From Candidatus Doudnabacteria bacterium (GTDB taxonomy: Bacteria; Patescibacteriota; Doudnabacteria; UBA920; O2-02-FULL-48-8): a stretch of DNA of 54,408 nucleotides. Below the pieces are notes generated by a model, which did not search any database, had not been told where the DNA came from, and worked only from the letters and a program-made list of their open reading frames with translations. Position 1 is the first letter of the stretch, and each line of letters opens with the position of its first letter. The translations under genes were made by a program, and so were the position numbers. Where the stretch lies: contig JAHFJG010000008.1 of NCBI GenBank assembly GCA_023246005.1, forward strand, positions 1 to 54,408, written 5' to 3'. Below, piece after piece: positions 17,401 through 26,530 of the stretch.

Positions 17401-18860
17401 TATTCCTCTTTCATGGGCGGGAAAATCACGGTTTCGCGAATGCTTTTGTCCATGATCACGGAAAACAAGCGCTCTGAAAGGCCAAATCCTGCGGCTGGCG
17501 GCATGCCATATTCCAGAGCTTCGACAAAATCTTCATCGAGCATTTGTGCTTCTTTATCACCCATTTCTCGCAGCTTGGCTTGGGCTTCAAACCGTTGTTT
17601 CTGATCAATCGGATCATTCAATTCAGAAAATCCTTTTCCCAGTTCAGTTCCAACGGCCAGAATCTGCATGCGCTGAACTTCCCTGGAATTTTTTGGATCT
17701 TTCTTGGCCAGCGGCTCAATCTCGACAGGCGGGTTGATGAGAAATACAGGCTTTATCAAACTTGGTCGAACTTTTTTCTTGTAAATCAAATCAATAATTC
17801 GCCCGCGTCCTTGATTATCCTCAAATTTGATGTGTTCAGACTTGGCATATTTTTTCAATTGCTCATCAGTGACTGTATTTAAATCCAAATCAGTTTTTTC
17901 TTTAAAAATGTCGAAATAGCGAATCTTCGGCCAATCGCCTGACCAGTCAATTTCTTTTCCATCGTAAGTTGTCTTCAGACTGCCAGTGACACTCTGGATA
18001 ATTTGATGATAAAGTTCCTGGCACATCTGCATTAATTGATCATAATCAGCATAAGCCCAATAAAATTCCATTTGCATATAGTCTTGCAGATGTTCGGTTG
18101 AAATTCCTTCATTGCGAAAGATACGCCCAATCTCAAAGACTTTTTCAAACCCGCCAACCAAAAGTTTTTTCAGCGGCAGCTCAAGCGAAATTCGCAAATA
18201 ATAATCGCGATCCAACGCGTTGTGATGCGTAATGAAAGGTTCAGCTTCAGCCCCACCCGGCACTTGTTCCAGCACATTCATCTCCACTTCCATAAAGTCT
18301 TTCGACTCCAGAAAACTGCGTATAGTCTTCCAGAAAATCGCTTTCTTCTTGAAAAGTTCCCGAGTTTCTTTATTGGCAATCAAATCCAAATACCGTTTGC
18401 GCAGTTTGACTTCCAGATCTTTCAGACCAAAAAAATTCTGCGGAATGGGACGAAGTGATTTAGCTAATAGCTTATAGCTTATAGCTTCTAAAGTTTTTTC
18501 ATTGGTCTTTGATAAAGCTAAACTTCCGGTGATTTCCAAAAAATCACCCATATCAAACAGATTGCTGAACTGTTCGAATAATTTTTCGCCTAACTCATCT
18601 TTGCGAAAAAGAAACTGGATAGTGCCAGTGCTGTCCTCCAAATTGCCAAAAGTTAATTTGCCATGCGTTCGAATTGACCTGATCCGGCCAGCTAATGTTA
18701 TCTGTTTTCTGTTATCTGATAACTGTTCAAACTGTTTTAAAGCTTGACCAATCGTATGCGTTCGCCCGGCATGCACAGGATACGGATCAATTCCATCTTT
18801 TTTCATCTGTGCTAACTTTTGTATCCTGACTTTTCTAAGTTCTTCTATCTTTTCACTCAT
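17400..18860 (-). CDS. lysS: Lysyl-tRNA synthetase, class II
   Basis: An OB anticodon-binding domain is followed by a class IIb core (FRNEGISTEHLQDYMQMEFYWAY; GMPPAAGFGLSERL). Confidence 0.95.
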   Translation of the reverse strand: MSEKIEELRKVRIQKLAQMKKDGIDPYPVHAGRTHTIGQALKQFEQLSDNRKQITLAGRIRSIRTHGKLTFGNLEDSTGTIQFLFRKDELGEKLFEQFSNLFDMGDFLEITGSLALSKTNEKTLEAISYKLLAKSLRPIPQNFFGLKDLEVKLRKRYLDLIANKETRELFKKKAIFWKTIRSFLESKDFMEVEMNVLEQVPGGAEAEPFITHHNALDRDYYLRISLELPLKKLLVGGFEKVFEIGRIFRNEGISTEHLQDYMQMEFYWAYADYDQLMQMCQELYHQIIQSVTGSLKTTYDGKEIDWSGDWPKIRYFDIFKEKTDLDLNTVTDEQLKKYAKSEHIKFEDNQGRGRIIDLIYKKKVRPSLIKPVFLINPPVEIEPLAKKDPKNSREVQRMQILAVGTELGKGFSELNDPIDQKQRFEAQAKLREMGDKEAQMLDEDFVEALEYGMPPAAGFGLSERLFSVIMDKSIRETVIFPPMKEE

Positions 18861-18883
18861 TTTTTATGCTTAATTGCCACCAA

Positions 18884-18911
18884 ATTATACCACAAATTGT
18901 ACTATTGACAA
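18884..18911 (-). promoter_or_regulatory. lysS promoter
   Basis: TTGTCA (18911-18906) is followed by a 16-nt spacer and TATAAT (18889-18884). The leader is 23 nt and has no SD. Confidence 0.5.
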
Positions 18912-18933
18912 AATCTCTAAATCAGTGTAAACT
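18905..18933 (+). promoter_or_regulatory. Promoter of orphan cassette A
   Basis: TTGACA (18905-18910) is followed by a 17-nt spacer and TAAACT (18928-18933). Its -35 overlaps the lysS -35 by 5 bp on the opposite strand. Confidence 0.55.
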
Positions 18934-18972
18934 TGACAAAGTGCTAAAAAAAGAACTGGAGGAAAAAGACAG

Positions 18973-19188
18973 ATGGATCATGAGTTTGAGTTGATTTCGG
19001 GTGGGCAAATCGAAGAGCAAGTTGCTCGGTACGGCTTTCCAACCCTCACGTGCGAACACGTCATTCGCCTATTTCGCACCCGCCGAATTGGCGCAGGCCA
19101 AAAGAAGATCTTGGTCCGCAGGAATGAACAAGGCCATCTCATCGAGGTGGCGTGCTCGGACTGTATTCCTTCCCCGGCCCTCCCGTAG
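18973..19188 (+). CDS. Orphan small protein A (71 aa), G+C-enriched
   Basis: A GGAGG SD (18958-18962) lies 10 nt upstream. G+C is 119/216 by hand count. The gene has its own promoter and terminator. No family was recognised. Confidence 0.5.
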   Translation: MDHEFELISGGQIEEQVARYGFPTLTCEHVIRLFRTRRIGAGQKKILVRRNEQGHLIEVACSDCIPSPALP

Positions 19189-19195
19189 TAACCCG

Positions 19196-19232
19196 GCGCT
19201 TGAAGAACAATCCTCAAGCGCTTTTCTTTTTT
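19196..19232 (+). terminator. Intrinsic terminator of cassette A
   Basis: The stem GCGCTTGA (19196-19203) / TCAAGCGC (19214-19221) is followed by TTTTCTTTTTT. Confidence 0.7.
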
Positions 19233-20148
19233 ACTTTATTTTGCAAACTTGTTTTAAAGCCGCAATATCATCGATGGTTGGCTTGGTATTTTTGCTTTGA
19301 TTCAGATAATACATGATAGACATGGGATTTGAATTGTGCTCCAAACCCAACGCATGCCCCAACTCGTGCGCCAGCACTCGGACTAATTGATTCTGATCAG
19401 TGAATTCATAGATATTAACCTCGCGGCCTGATGAATCGTTTTTGTACAAGCCTTCTTCAAATTCTGGGCCACGTGACGTGCCAACACTATTGTAAGTTGC
19501 TACATTCAAATTCAGCTCCGCGCCTAAGCGGTTCAAAATATTCGCTAGGCCGTTGATATTATCCACAAGCGAATTTAAATTCTGGTTATCTTGGTTGATT
19601 TGACCGCTCTCCGAATTAAGTTGGTTTCGTTGCTGGTTTAGCTGATCAACAACGTTCCTCGGCGCGCCGCCCTGTCTGTTCCAATAATTGACGGTTTGCT
19701 CGTAGGATTGCCGTTGCTGAGTATAACTGGCAATTTCAATTTCCAAATTCTGCTTTTTTTGTTTATACTCCGCAGTCAATGAATCATATTTGGCTTTCAG
19801 GGATTGGTAAGAGCCTTGCGTATCATCAATAGTCAAACCCAAACTTTTCAGCTTATCTGTGGCCTCCTGCCGATAATCATAAACCAAATTGATTTTCAAT
19901 TTTCCATTGGGAGAATATCGATATAAATCTTTGTTAACAGCGGCGTCCCAAATCTGCGCCGCTTGATTGACATCATCTAGAAATTGATCTTGTGTAATGC
20001 CGAATTTCGGATCAAACGTGCCGAGCGAATATGTGATCGGCTGCGAGCACGGCTGAATCAGCCATGGCAAATAACCATGCTCGTAAGCAAAATATCCCCC
20101 GCCAGCAATTATCGCAATCAGTACAATTGTGGTAAATAGCCGGCGCAT
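19231..20148 (-). CDS. Membrane-anchored matrixin-like (M10) zinc metalloprotease with coiled-coil insert
   Basis: It has an N-terminal TM helix, HELGHALGLEH plus a Met-turn (SIMYY), and a ~140-aa Q/N-rich heptad-like insert. Confidence 0.75.
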   Translation of the reverse strand: MRRLFTTIVLIAIIAGGGYFAYEHGYLPWLIQPCSQPITYSLGTFDPKFGITQDQFLDDVNQAAQIWDAAVNKDLYRYSPNGKLKINLVYDYRQEATDKLKSLGLTIDDTQGSYQSLKAKYDSLTAEYKQKKQNLEIEIASYTQQRQSYEQTVNYWNRQGGAPRNVVDQLNQQRNQLNSESGQINQDNQNLNSLVDNINGLANILNRLGAELNLNVATYNSVGTSRGPEFEEGLYKNDSSGREVNIYEFTDQNQLVRVLAHELGHALGLEHNSNPMSIMYYLNQSKNTKPTIDDIAALKQVCKIK

Positions 20149-20754
20149 TTATTCCTGCTTCAAGAGTGGCGCGAATTTGGCTCGTAATTTGGCAATTTTC
20201 GGATTGATCACGACTTGACAGTAAGGTTTGTTCTGATTCTGTTCATAGTAACGTTGATGATAACTTTCTGCTGGCCAAAATTTATCCAGAGGGCGGATTT
20301 CTGTGACAACCGGATCTTTAAATGTTCCGTCATCTTCAAGTTTTTTTATAAATTCTTCAGCTTGCCGCTTCTGTTCCAAAGCGGTATAGAAAACCGCAGA
20401 CCGATACTGCTCGCCGACATCTCCTCCCTGTCGATTCAAGGTTGTCGGATCATGCATGGCAAAAAAGACATTTAATAGATCAGCATACTTAACCACACCC
20501 GGATCAAATTCAATCTTGATTGATTCAACGTGGCCGGTGTTGCCCATAGAAACTTGTTCATAGCTGGGATTAGGGGTCCTGCCGCCAGCATAGCCGGATT
20601 CAACCGACTCAACACCTTTGAGTCGCGTGAAAATGGCCTTAGTGCACCAGAAGCAACCACCGCCGAAAACGGCTGATTGTAGGTTGTTGAGCATGATATC
20701 CCTCCGGTTACGGCCATCAGGTGTGTTTGCCGGAAACTTAAAATTTTTATTCAA
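20149..20754 (-). CDS. msrA: Peptide methionine sulfoxide reductase MsrA
   Basis: It has the GGGCFWC active-site motif. An alternative start is ATG 20694. Confidence 0.9.
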   Translation of the reverse strand: MNKNFKFPANTPDGRNRRDIMLNNLQSAVFGGGCFWCTKAIFTRLKGVESVESGYAGGRTPNPSYEQVSMGNTGHVESIKIEFDPGVVKYADLLNVFFAMHDPTTLNRQGGDVGEQYRSAVFYTALEQKRQAEEFIKKLEDDGTFKDPVVTEIRPLDKFWPAESYHQRYYEQNQNKPYCQVVINPKIAKLRAKFAPLLKQE

Positions 20755-21208
20755 TATTTATTATTTCGTATTCTGTCTTGCCTGCTGGCGTTTCAACTGG
20801 AATTTTGTCTCCCCTTTTTGCACCAAGCAATGCTCGTCCGACGAGCGACTCGTTTGAAATTTTGCCAGAAGCCGGGTTGGCTTCGTTTGCGCCGACAATT
20901 GTATATTTCAAATCTTTGCCATTCATACGTATGCTGACTGTAGAACCAATGCTAACTAAATTATGATCACTCTTATGCTCAATAATCTGAGCGTTCTTGA
21001 CCATATCTTCAAGCTCCTGAATCCGGCCTTCGATGAAAGCCTGTTCTTCCTTAGCCTGGGCATAGTCAGCGTTTTCAGATAAATCTCCGTGTGAGACAGC
21101 CTCTTGGATTCGCTCAATCACTTCGTGCCTGCGGTCTTCTTTCAGGACTTTTAATTCGTCTTTGAGCTTTTTCAAACCTTCTTCAGTGAGTAGTACGGCT
21201 TTAGACAT
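20747..21208 (-). CDS. greA: Transcription elongation factor GreA
   Basis: The 153-aa product has a coiled-coil N-terminus with acidic tip residues and a GreA C-terminal domain. Confidence 0.93.
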   Translation of the reverse strand: MSKAVLLTEEGLKKLKDELKVLKEDRRHEVIERIQEAVSHGDLSENADYAQAKEEQAFIEGRIQELEDMVKNAQIIEHKSDHNLVSIGSTVSIRMNGKDLKYTIVGANEANPASGKISNESLVGRALLGAKRGDKIPVETPAGKTEYEIINIE

Positions 21209-21220
21209 ATTTTTCGATTC

Positions 21221-21246
21221 TTATAAAAGGCCCCCGACTGGGGTCC
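21221..21246 (-). terminator. Intrinsic terminator after mntH
   Basis: On the minus strand GGACCCC-AGUC-GGGGGCC is followed by UUUUAUAA. Confidence 0.55.
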
Positions 21247-21254
21247 TTGATTAC

Positions 21255-22535
21255 TTATTCGTGAATAATATACCAAATCGTAAGAATACTGGCAAGACCC
21301 ATTACCGAGGTGATCAGCCAGCCAAAAAATTTAATAACAGAGCCATTGACCCATTCCTTCATGACTTTCTGATTGGAAGACAACAATACAATGACAGCCA
21401 AAATAAACGGCGAGATAAGTCCGTTTAAAACTGCGGAATAAATCAACATTTTAATCACGTCTAAATGAAAAAAATTCATAAACAAACCCACTAGCATGGA
21501 GAGCGTGATTACTCCGTAGAATGCATAAGCCTGATTAAATTTATGATACAGACCTTCGCGCCAGCCCAAGCTTTCTGAAATTGCATAAGACGACGATCCG
21601 GCCAGTACAGGAACAGCCAGCATACCGGTGCCAATGATTCCTAAAGTAAACAACAAATAAGCCAAATTTCCGCCTAAGGGCTTGAGCGCCAAAGCGGCTT
21701 GAGCCGCGTCTTTGATATCTGTAATCCCATTAGCAAAAAGAGTAGCGCTACAAACTGCGATAATAAAAAACATTACCAGGTTTGATAAAAACATTCCTCC
21801 CCAAACGTCAAAGCGCATTCTGCTAATATCGGCCAAGCTCGTGTTCTCCTCGCGCTGTTTAATGGTGGTTTTGCCTGCTTTGATCTGCTCTTCGACTTCC
21901 TGCGAAGTCTGCCAGAAAAACAAATATGGCGAAATTGTAGTGCCCAAAATCGCGGTCAATAAAAACAAACTTTGCTTGTTAAAAACAATGCTCGGAACAA
22001 CCAAATGTTGCAGTGCCTGCGCCCAGTTAATATCAATGATCAGTCCAGTCAAGACATATGACAACAGCACCAAAGCCAGCCACTTAAGCGCTCTTGCATA
22101 AGATCTGTAAGCTGTAAAAATTTGTAAATATAGACTAAGCAATGCAAATGCGATGACAAGTACTTCAAAATTTATCGGTATTAACAATTGTAAAGATTTA
22201 GCCATGATCCCCAGATCAGCCCCTAGATTAAACGTATTGGCAACAAGCAACAAGCTAGCGCACAAATATAAAATCCATCTGGGATAATATATTCTAATCG
22301 CTCCAGCCAAACCACGGCCTGTAACAATTCCAATCCGCGCGCACATTTCCTGGACCACAGCCATGAGGGGAAACGTCAGAAGCGCAGTCCACAAAAAATT
22401 ATAACCGTAAGAGGCGCCAGCTTGCGAGTAAGTAGCAATCCCCGATGGATCATCATCAGCAGCCCCAGTCGTTAAGCCCGGCCCCAGCATGTGCCAATAT
22501 TCCTGGATTTTTATTTCGGCTTTGTTTTTGTCCAT
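21255..22535 (-). CDS. mntH: NRAMP-family divalent metal transporter
   Basis: It has about 11 TM helices, and the N-terminal segment GPGLTTGAADDDPSGIATYSQAGASYGY is typical of NRAMP/MntH. Confidence 0.88.
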   Translation of the reverse strand: MDKNKAEIKIQEYWHMLGPGLTTGAADDDPSGIATYSQAGASYGYNFLWTALLTFPLMAVVQEMCARIGIVTGRGLAGAIRIYYPRWILYLCASLLLVANTFNLGADLGIMAKSLQLLIPINFEVLVIAFALLSLYLQIFTAYRSYARALKWLALVLLSYVLTGLIIDINWAQALQHLVVPSIVFNKQSLFLLTAILGTTISPYLFFWQTSQEVEEQIKAGKTTIKQREENTSLADISRMRFDVWGGMFLSNLVMFFIIAVCSATLFANGITDIKDAAQAALALKPLGGNLAYLLFTLGIIGTGMLAVPVLAGSSSYAISESLGWREGLYHKFNQAYAFYGVITLSMLVGLFMNFFHLDVIKMLIYSAVLNGLISPFILAVIVLLSSNQKVMKEWVNGSVIKFFGWLITSVMGLASILTIWYIIHE

Positions 22536-22542
22536 TAGCTAA

Positions 22543-22571
22543 ATTATAGCCTGTCTTGACTTTTAGGGCAA
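22543..22571 (-). promoter_or_regulatory. mntH promoter (predicts a leaderless mRNA)
   Basis: TTGCCC (22571-22566) is followed by a 17-nt spacer and TATAAT (22548-22543). The ATG lies 7 nt downstream. Confidence 0.5.
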
Positions 22572-22584
22572 AAACATTCATGAT
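22556..22584 (+). promoter_or_regulatory. Candidate promoter of orphan cassette B
   Basis: TTGACT (22556-22561) is followed by a 17-nt spacer and CATGAT (22579-22584). The -10 is weak. It interdigitates with the mntH promoter. Confidence 0.35.
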
Positions 22585-22654
22585 GTATTGTCTCTGACAA
22601 AGACGAAAACCGCTTCGCCAACTCGGCCAAGTGACATTAGGAGGAGTACAAGTT

Positions 22655-23119
22655 ATGGCAAAGGTATCTGTCAAACGGTACGTTGAGCAGGTCCGTGACG
22701 GAAGCGAGTACAAAGGTTACCTGAAAATCGCCGAGACCACATTGGACTATGAGCTGAGGTTCGACATCCCGATTGACAAGCTGGATGATTCTGAACTCTT
22801 AGATGGAGTTCATGAAATTCGCCGGGTCTTCCAGCTGACTGTGAAGCGAAACGGAAAGAGGATTGAACTCACCGATGAAGAATATGGCTTCTTCTTCCGG
22901 TTGCTCGTTTTGTTCGCAGTCGAGTTCTACAACAATCCGCGAACTCGTGAAAACAACCAAGGCCTTCTGGGAATGACCTTGCGTGGCAAGGGAGAGATAT
23001 CAGCTTTCGGAGTTTCCTCTTCGATCGGGATTACGAGCAGCAACTCGTATGACATCCCGTCTGGACTGTGTGAGACCTTGAACGCGCCGAAGTTTGGGTG
23101 CGCAATCAACGGCACCTGA
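22655..23119 (+). CDS. Orphan protein B (154 aa), G+C-enriched
   Basis: An AGGAGG SD (22639-22644) lies 10 nt before ATG 22655. The ORF track starts it at GTG 22631. No family was recognised. Confidence 0.5.
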   Translation: MAKVSVKRYVEQVRDGSEYKGYLKIAETTLDYELRFDIPIDKLDDSELLDGVHEIRRVFQLTVKRNGKRIELTDEEYGFFFRLLVLFAVEFYNNPRTRENNQGLLGMTLRGKGEISAFGVSSSIGITSSNSYDIPSGLCETLNAPKFGCAINGT

Positions 23120-23130
23120 ACAATCATGCT

Positions 23131-23214
23131 GGGGACGAAGGTCATCTTGACTTCGTCCCCTCCCCACCATCCCCAAACCCCGACACTACGATCGGGGGTA
23201 AGAGGGATTTTTTT
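23131..23214 (+). terminator. Compound GC-rich terminator of cassette B
   Basis: A 10-bp hairpin GGGGACGAAG/CTTCGTCCCC (23131-23160) is followed by CCCCGA/TCGGGG and a T7 run (23208-23214). Confidence 0.55.
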
Positions 23215-23251
23215 ATTGCCCAAATCTACCCAGGCGAATGCCGAGGTGGGT

Positions 23252-25180
23252 TTACTTTTTATACCTATTCTCTGCCCACCAAGCATACACCGCCTTGGCC
23301 ACTGGTCCGCCCACAGCATAACCTTCCCCGCCGCCTTCGACTAACACTGTCACAGCAATCTGCGGGTTATCCGATGGCGCGTAAGATGTGAACCAAGCAT
23401 GCGCGCGGTTTGGATTATGCGGATCGAACTGAGCAGTGCCAGTTTTGGCAGAGACAGCAATTGGCAGAGTATTAAGAGCCCTGCCAGTGCCCTGGGTTAC
23501 AGTCTGGCGCATACCATCTTGGACTATTTTAATCACATTTGGGTCAAAAATATTCTCAGCTAAAACTTTAGGCATTCCTTTGGCTAAAATTTTCCCATTT
23601 TTATCATTAACTTCATTCAATACATATGGCTGCATGACCCGTCCACCATTCGCAATGGTTGCAGTCCAACTATTAACTTGCAGTGGGGTGGCCAAAACAT
23701 CTCCTTGGCCGATTGATTCATGATATGTATCGCCCAAATACCATGTTTCTTTTTTCACTTGCTTCTTCCAAACAGGATCAGGCACAAGCCCTGGTTTTTC
23801 AGCAGGCAAATCAATTCCTAATTTCTGGCCCAAATAAAACTTCCGCAAATACTCGGCAATCTTATCAGGCCCCAGACCATTCTTCACAGGACTTTTCGGG
23901 TTGCCGCCGCCCACGCTATAAAAATAAATATCTGATGATCTCGCAATAGCCGAATAAATATCCATAATGCCAAGCCCAGATCTTTCATAACCATAAAAAG
24001 CATACTGGCCGACTCGAATCACGCCATCATCTAAAATTTTTGTTTGAGGAGTAACTACTTTTTCTGTTAAGGCAGCAACAGCCATCATGGGTTTGATTGT
24101 TGAACCTGGCGGATACTGGCCGGAAATCGCGCGATTCAAAAAAACATTATCGGAATTAGCGTTAAGCTTGGCATAATCATCTTTGGAAATTCCCTTTGCA
24201 AATAAATTATTATCAAACGACGGCAAGGAAACCAAAGCCATGATCTCGCCAGTATAAGGATTGGTAATCACCGCGGCCGCTTTTTTGCTTTTAACTACAT
24301 TCAGCTCGGCAGTCAAGTTATTATAGAGTGTTTTCTGTAAATCATAATCAATATTAAGTTTAACATTGTTGCCAAGAACAGGTAGCACTTCCGCCAGTGT
24401 CCGCTTATAATTTCCCTGCGCATCAATTTCTGCCTGCTTCCTGCCATTAGTACCATGCAAAAATTGTTCGTACCAATACTCAATGCCGGTTTTGCCAATA
24501 TCATCATTTGACGCGTAAGTATTATTCTTTTGAATTAATTCGTCTTGGGTAATTTTGCCAGTGTAACCTACTAAGTGGGTAAAGACTAACGAGTCTTTAT
24601 AATCGCGGATAGCGCTATCATCAGCCACAAAACCTTTTAAATCATTCTGCTTAGCAATCAAAATTAAAGCTTGATCTTTGGTAATGTCTTGGACTAAAGT
24701 CTGGCCTTGATACGATTTTGGCTGCATTTTTGCGATAATGTCTTGCAATTCCGAGTTGTCTTTACCTAATATAGCGGCAACTTTTGTCAGTTCAGCAAGA
24801 AATTGAGATTGATCAAGCGGCAAATCAGCTGTAATAACATCTAGTTCAAAACTCGGAGTATTCGAGGCAATCACCTTGCCAAAGCGATCCAAGACCAAGC
24901 CTCTGGGAGCTAAAACATATTGGATGCGAAGTTTATTGCCTTCAGCTAAAATTTTATACTCCGAGCCTTTGATAACTTGCAAAAAAAGAATCCGACCAAA
25001 CAAAAAACACAAACAAACAAAAATAATTCCTCCCAAGACGCGATAATTGACTGAATCGCGCTCATCATCCAATGTTGTAGCATCATCAATTTGCAAATCC
25101 AAAAACGCCTCATCGTAGCTTAGATTTTTGTTCGCGTGGATTTTAGCCTTTAAATTTTTGATTTCAAATGGGTCACCCAT
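23252..25180 (-). CDS. mrdA: Penicillin-binding protein 2 (elongasome transpeptidase)
   Basis: It has an N-terminal TM helix and the SxxK (STIKP), SSD and KTGTA motifs. It lies downstream of mreBCD. Confidence 0.9.
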   Translation of the reverse strand: MGDPFEIKNLKAKIHANKNLSYDEAFLDLQIDDATTLDDERDSVNYRVLGGIIFVCLCFLFGRILFLQVIKGSEYKILAEGNKLRIQYVLAPRGLVLDRFGKVIASNTPSFELDVITADLPLDQSQFLAELTKVAAILGKDNSELQDIIAKMQPKSYQGQTLVQDITKDQALILIAKQNDLKGFVADDSAIRDYKDSLVFTHLVGYTGKITQDELIQKNNTYASNDDIGKTGIEYWYEQFLHGTNGRKQAEIDAQGNYKRTLAEVLPVLGNNVKLNIDYDLQKTLYNNLTAELNVVKSKKAAAVITNPYTGEIMALVSLPSFDNNLFAKGISKDDYAKLNANSDNVFLNRAISGQYPPGSTIKPMMAVAALTEKVVTPQTKILDDGVIRVGQYAFYGYERSGLGIMDIYSAIARSSDIYFYSVGGGNPKSPVKNGLGPDKIAEYLRKFYLGQKLGIDLPAEKPGLVPDPVWKKQVKKETWYLGDTYHESIGQGDVLATPLQVNSWTATIANGGRVMQPYVLNEVNDKNGKILAKGMPKVLAENIFDPNVIKIVQDGMRQTVTQGTGRALNTLPIAVSAKTGTAQFDPHNPNRAHAWFTSYAPSDNPQIAVTVLVEGGGEGYAVGGPVAKAVYAWWAENRYKK

Positions 25181-25665
25181 GATTGTACGACTGAATAATA
25201 TTTATATACGGGATAAGTAAAAAGTAAATTAAAAAATAAATTTGAGATCAGTTTATCACCAAAAAAATATTTATAATCCATGACGTGATTCAGATGAAAA
25301 ACTAAAAAAATACTGTTTAATCCAAGAAATACAAAAAAATAAATAATTGTTGTAATTGCAACCGAACTAAACAAAATCAACATGCTTGGCTCTTTGTGCA
25401 GCAGCGTATGCAGAATGAAATACATAATTAAAAAAATCGAAAACATAGTCATGCTGATAATTCCATCTGCTGAACCTGAAATCAAATCCAGCATGACCCC
25501 CCCGATCAAAGCTATGGCCAAAGAAGTGTCAAAATCAGAAATAACGATTGCGACCACGAGAAAAACCAAAATCAGATTTACGGCAGTTATCTGAAGCGGC
25601 ATTAGCGCGCCGATTTGGATAACTAACAAAAAGAAAATTGAAAACAACCAAATCAAATACTTCAT
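25150..25665 (-). CDS. mreD: Rod shape-determining protein MreD
   Basis: This small polytopic membrane protein lies between mreC and mrdA. Confidence 0.7.
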   Translation of the reverse strand: MKYLIWLFSIFFLLVIQIGALMPLQITAVNLILVFLVVAIVISDFDTSLAIALIGGVMLDLISGSADGIISMTMFSIFLIMYFILHTLLHKEPSMLILFSSVAITTIIYFFVFLGLNSIFLVFHLNHVMDYKYFFGDKLISNLFFNLLFTYPVYKYYSVVQSWVTHLKSKI

Positions 25666-26462
25666 TGGACAACAAAAATAAACCTTATGTTTCGCAAATC
25701 CGCAGCTGGCGAGATGTAGGCTTTTTGAAATAAATCCGTGGAATTCGATCGCAAGGCAGCAACCTGGCCAATCAGAAGTCCTCTTGGAAAATCATTGGAA
25801 AGTCCAGAAGTTATCACTTGATCACCGGATTTGATCAAATCGTTTTGGGTGACTAAATCAAGGGTTAAACCAAGCCCGTGCTCGCCGCGAATTAGTCCTC
25901 TTGCGGCCGAATCCACTACTTCGGCATTCACTACAATTGACGGATCAGTAATCAGCGTAACTTCGGCGCTGGCAGGATAAAGCTTAGTCACCTTGCCAAC
26001 CAGAAGCCCTGGAGCTGCTACAACTGGTTGATTAAGACTAATCGAATAATTCTGGCCTTTATCAATAATTATTGTTTGCGTAAAACCAGTGGCGTCCAAA
26101 GTCAAAACCTCGACTGGCACAAGGTTAGGTTGCGATTGTTGCTTAAAGCTTAAAGCTTTGCGCAAAGCCGAATTTTCATCTTCGGCTGATCTAAGCCTGG
26201 CATTGTCAAAGGACAGCGCATCAATTTTTTGGTTTAAAGTCGCATTGTCAGAAACCAAATGCCTGATTGTAAAAAATGTTTGAAAAACTTCTTTAACGCT
26301 ATTGGTTGCAAGTGTGACTTTATTCGTAGTAAAACCATAGACGCGAAAAAAACCGTCTTTGAAAAGACCCAAATAACCTTTGGCGTCCAGAACGACAAAT
26401 ACTGCCAAGATGACAAAAATACTAAAAATTTTCGTAAAAGTTTTGGTGTAGATAAATCTCAT
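25662..26462 (-). CDS. mreC: Rod shape-determining protein MreC
   Basis: It has a TM helix, a coiled coil and MreC beta domains (PVVAAPGLLVGKVT; GLLIGQV). Confidence 0.88.
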   Translation of the reverse strand: MRFIYTKTFTKIFSIFVILAVFVVLDAKGYLGLFKDGFFRVYGFTTNKVTLATNSVKEVFQTFFTIRHLVSDNATLNQKIDALSFDNARLRSAEDENSALRKALSFKQQSQPNLVPVEVLTLDATGFTQTIIIDKGQNYSISLNQPVVAAPGLLVGKVTKLYPASAEVTLITDPSIVVNAEVVDSAARGLIRGEHGLGLTLDLVTQNDLIKSGDQVITSGLSNDFPRGLLIGQVAALRSNSTDLFQKAYISPAADLRNIRFIFVVQ

Positions 26463-26464
26463 AG

Positions 26465-26517
26465 ATCAGATAACAGTGAACAGATAACAAACTTGGCGAT
26501 GTTGTCTGTTATCTGAT
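26465..26517. promoter_or_regulatory. Perfect 12-bp inverted repeat in the mreB-mreC spacer
   Basis: ATCAGATAACAG (26465-26476) pairs with CTGTTATCTGAT (26506-17). (C)AGATAAC(A) motifs are repeated in both arms. Confidence 0.5.
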
Positions 26518-26530
26518 AACTGTTCATTGA

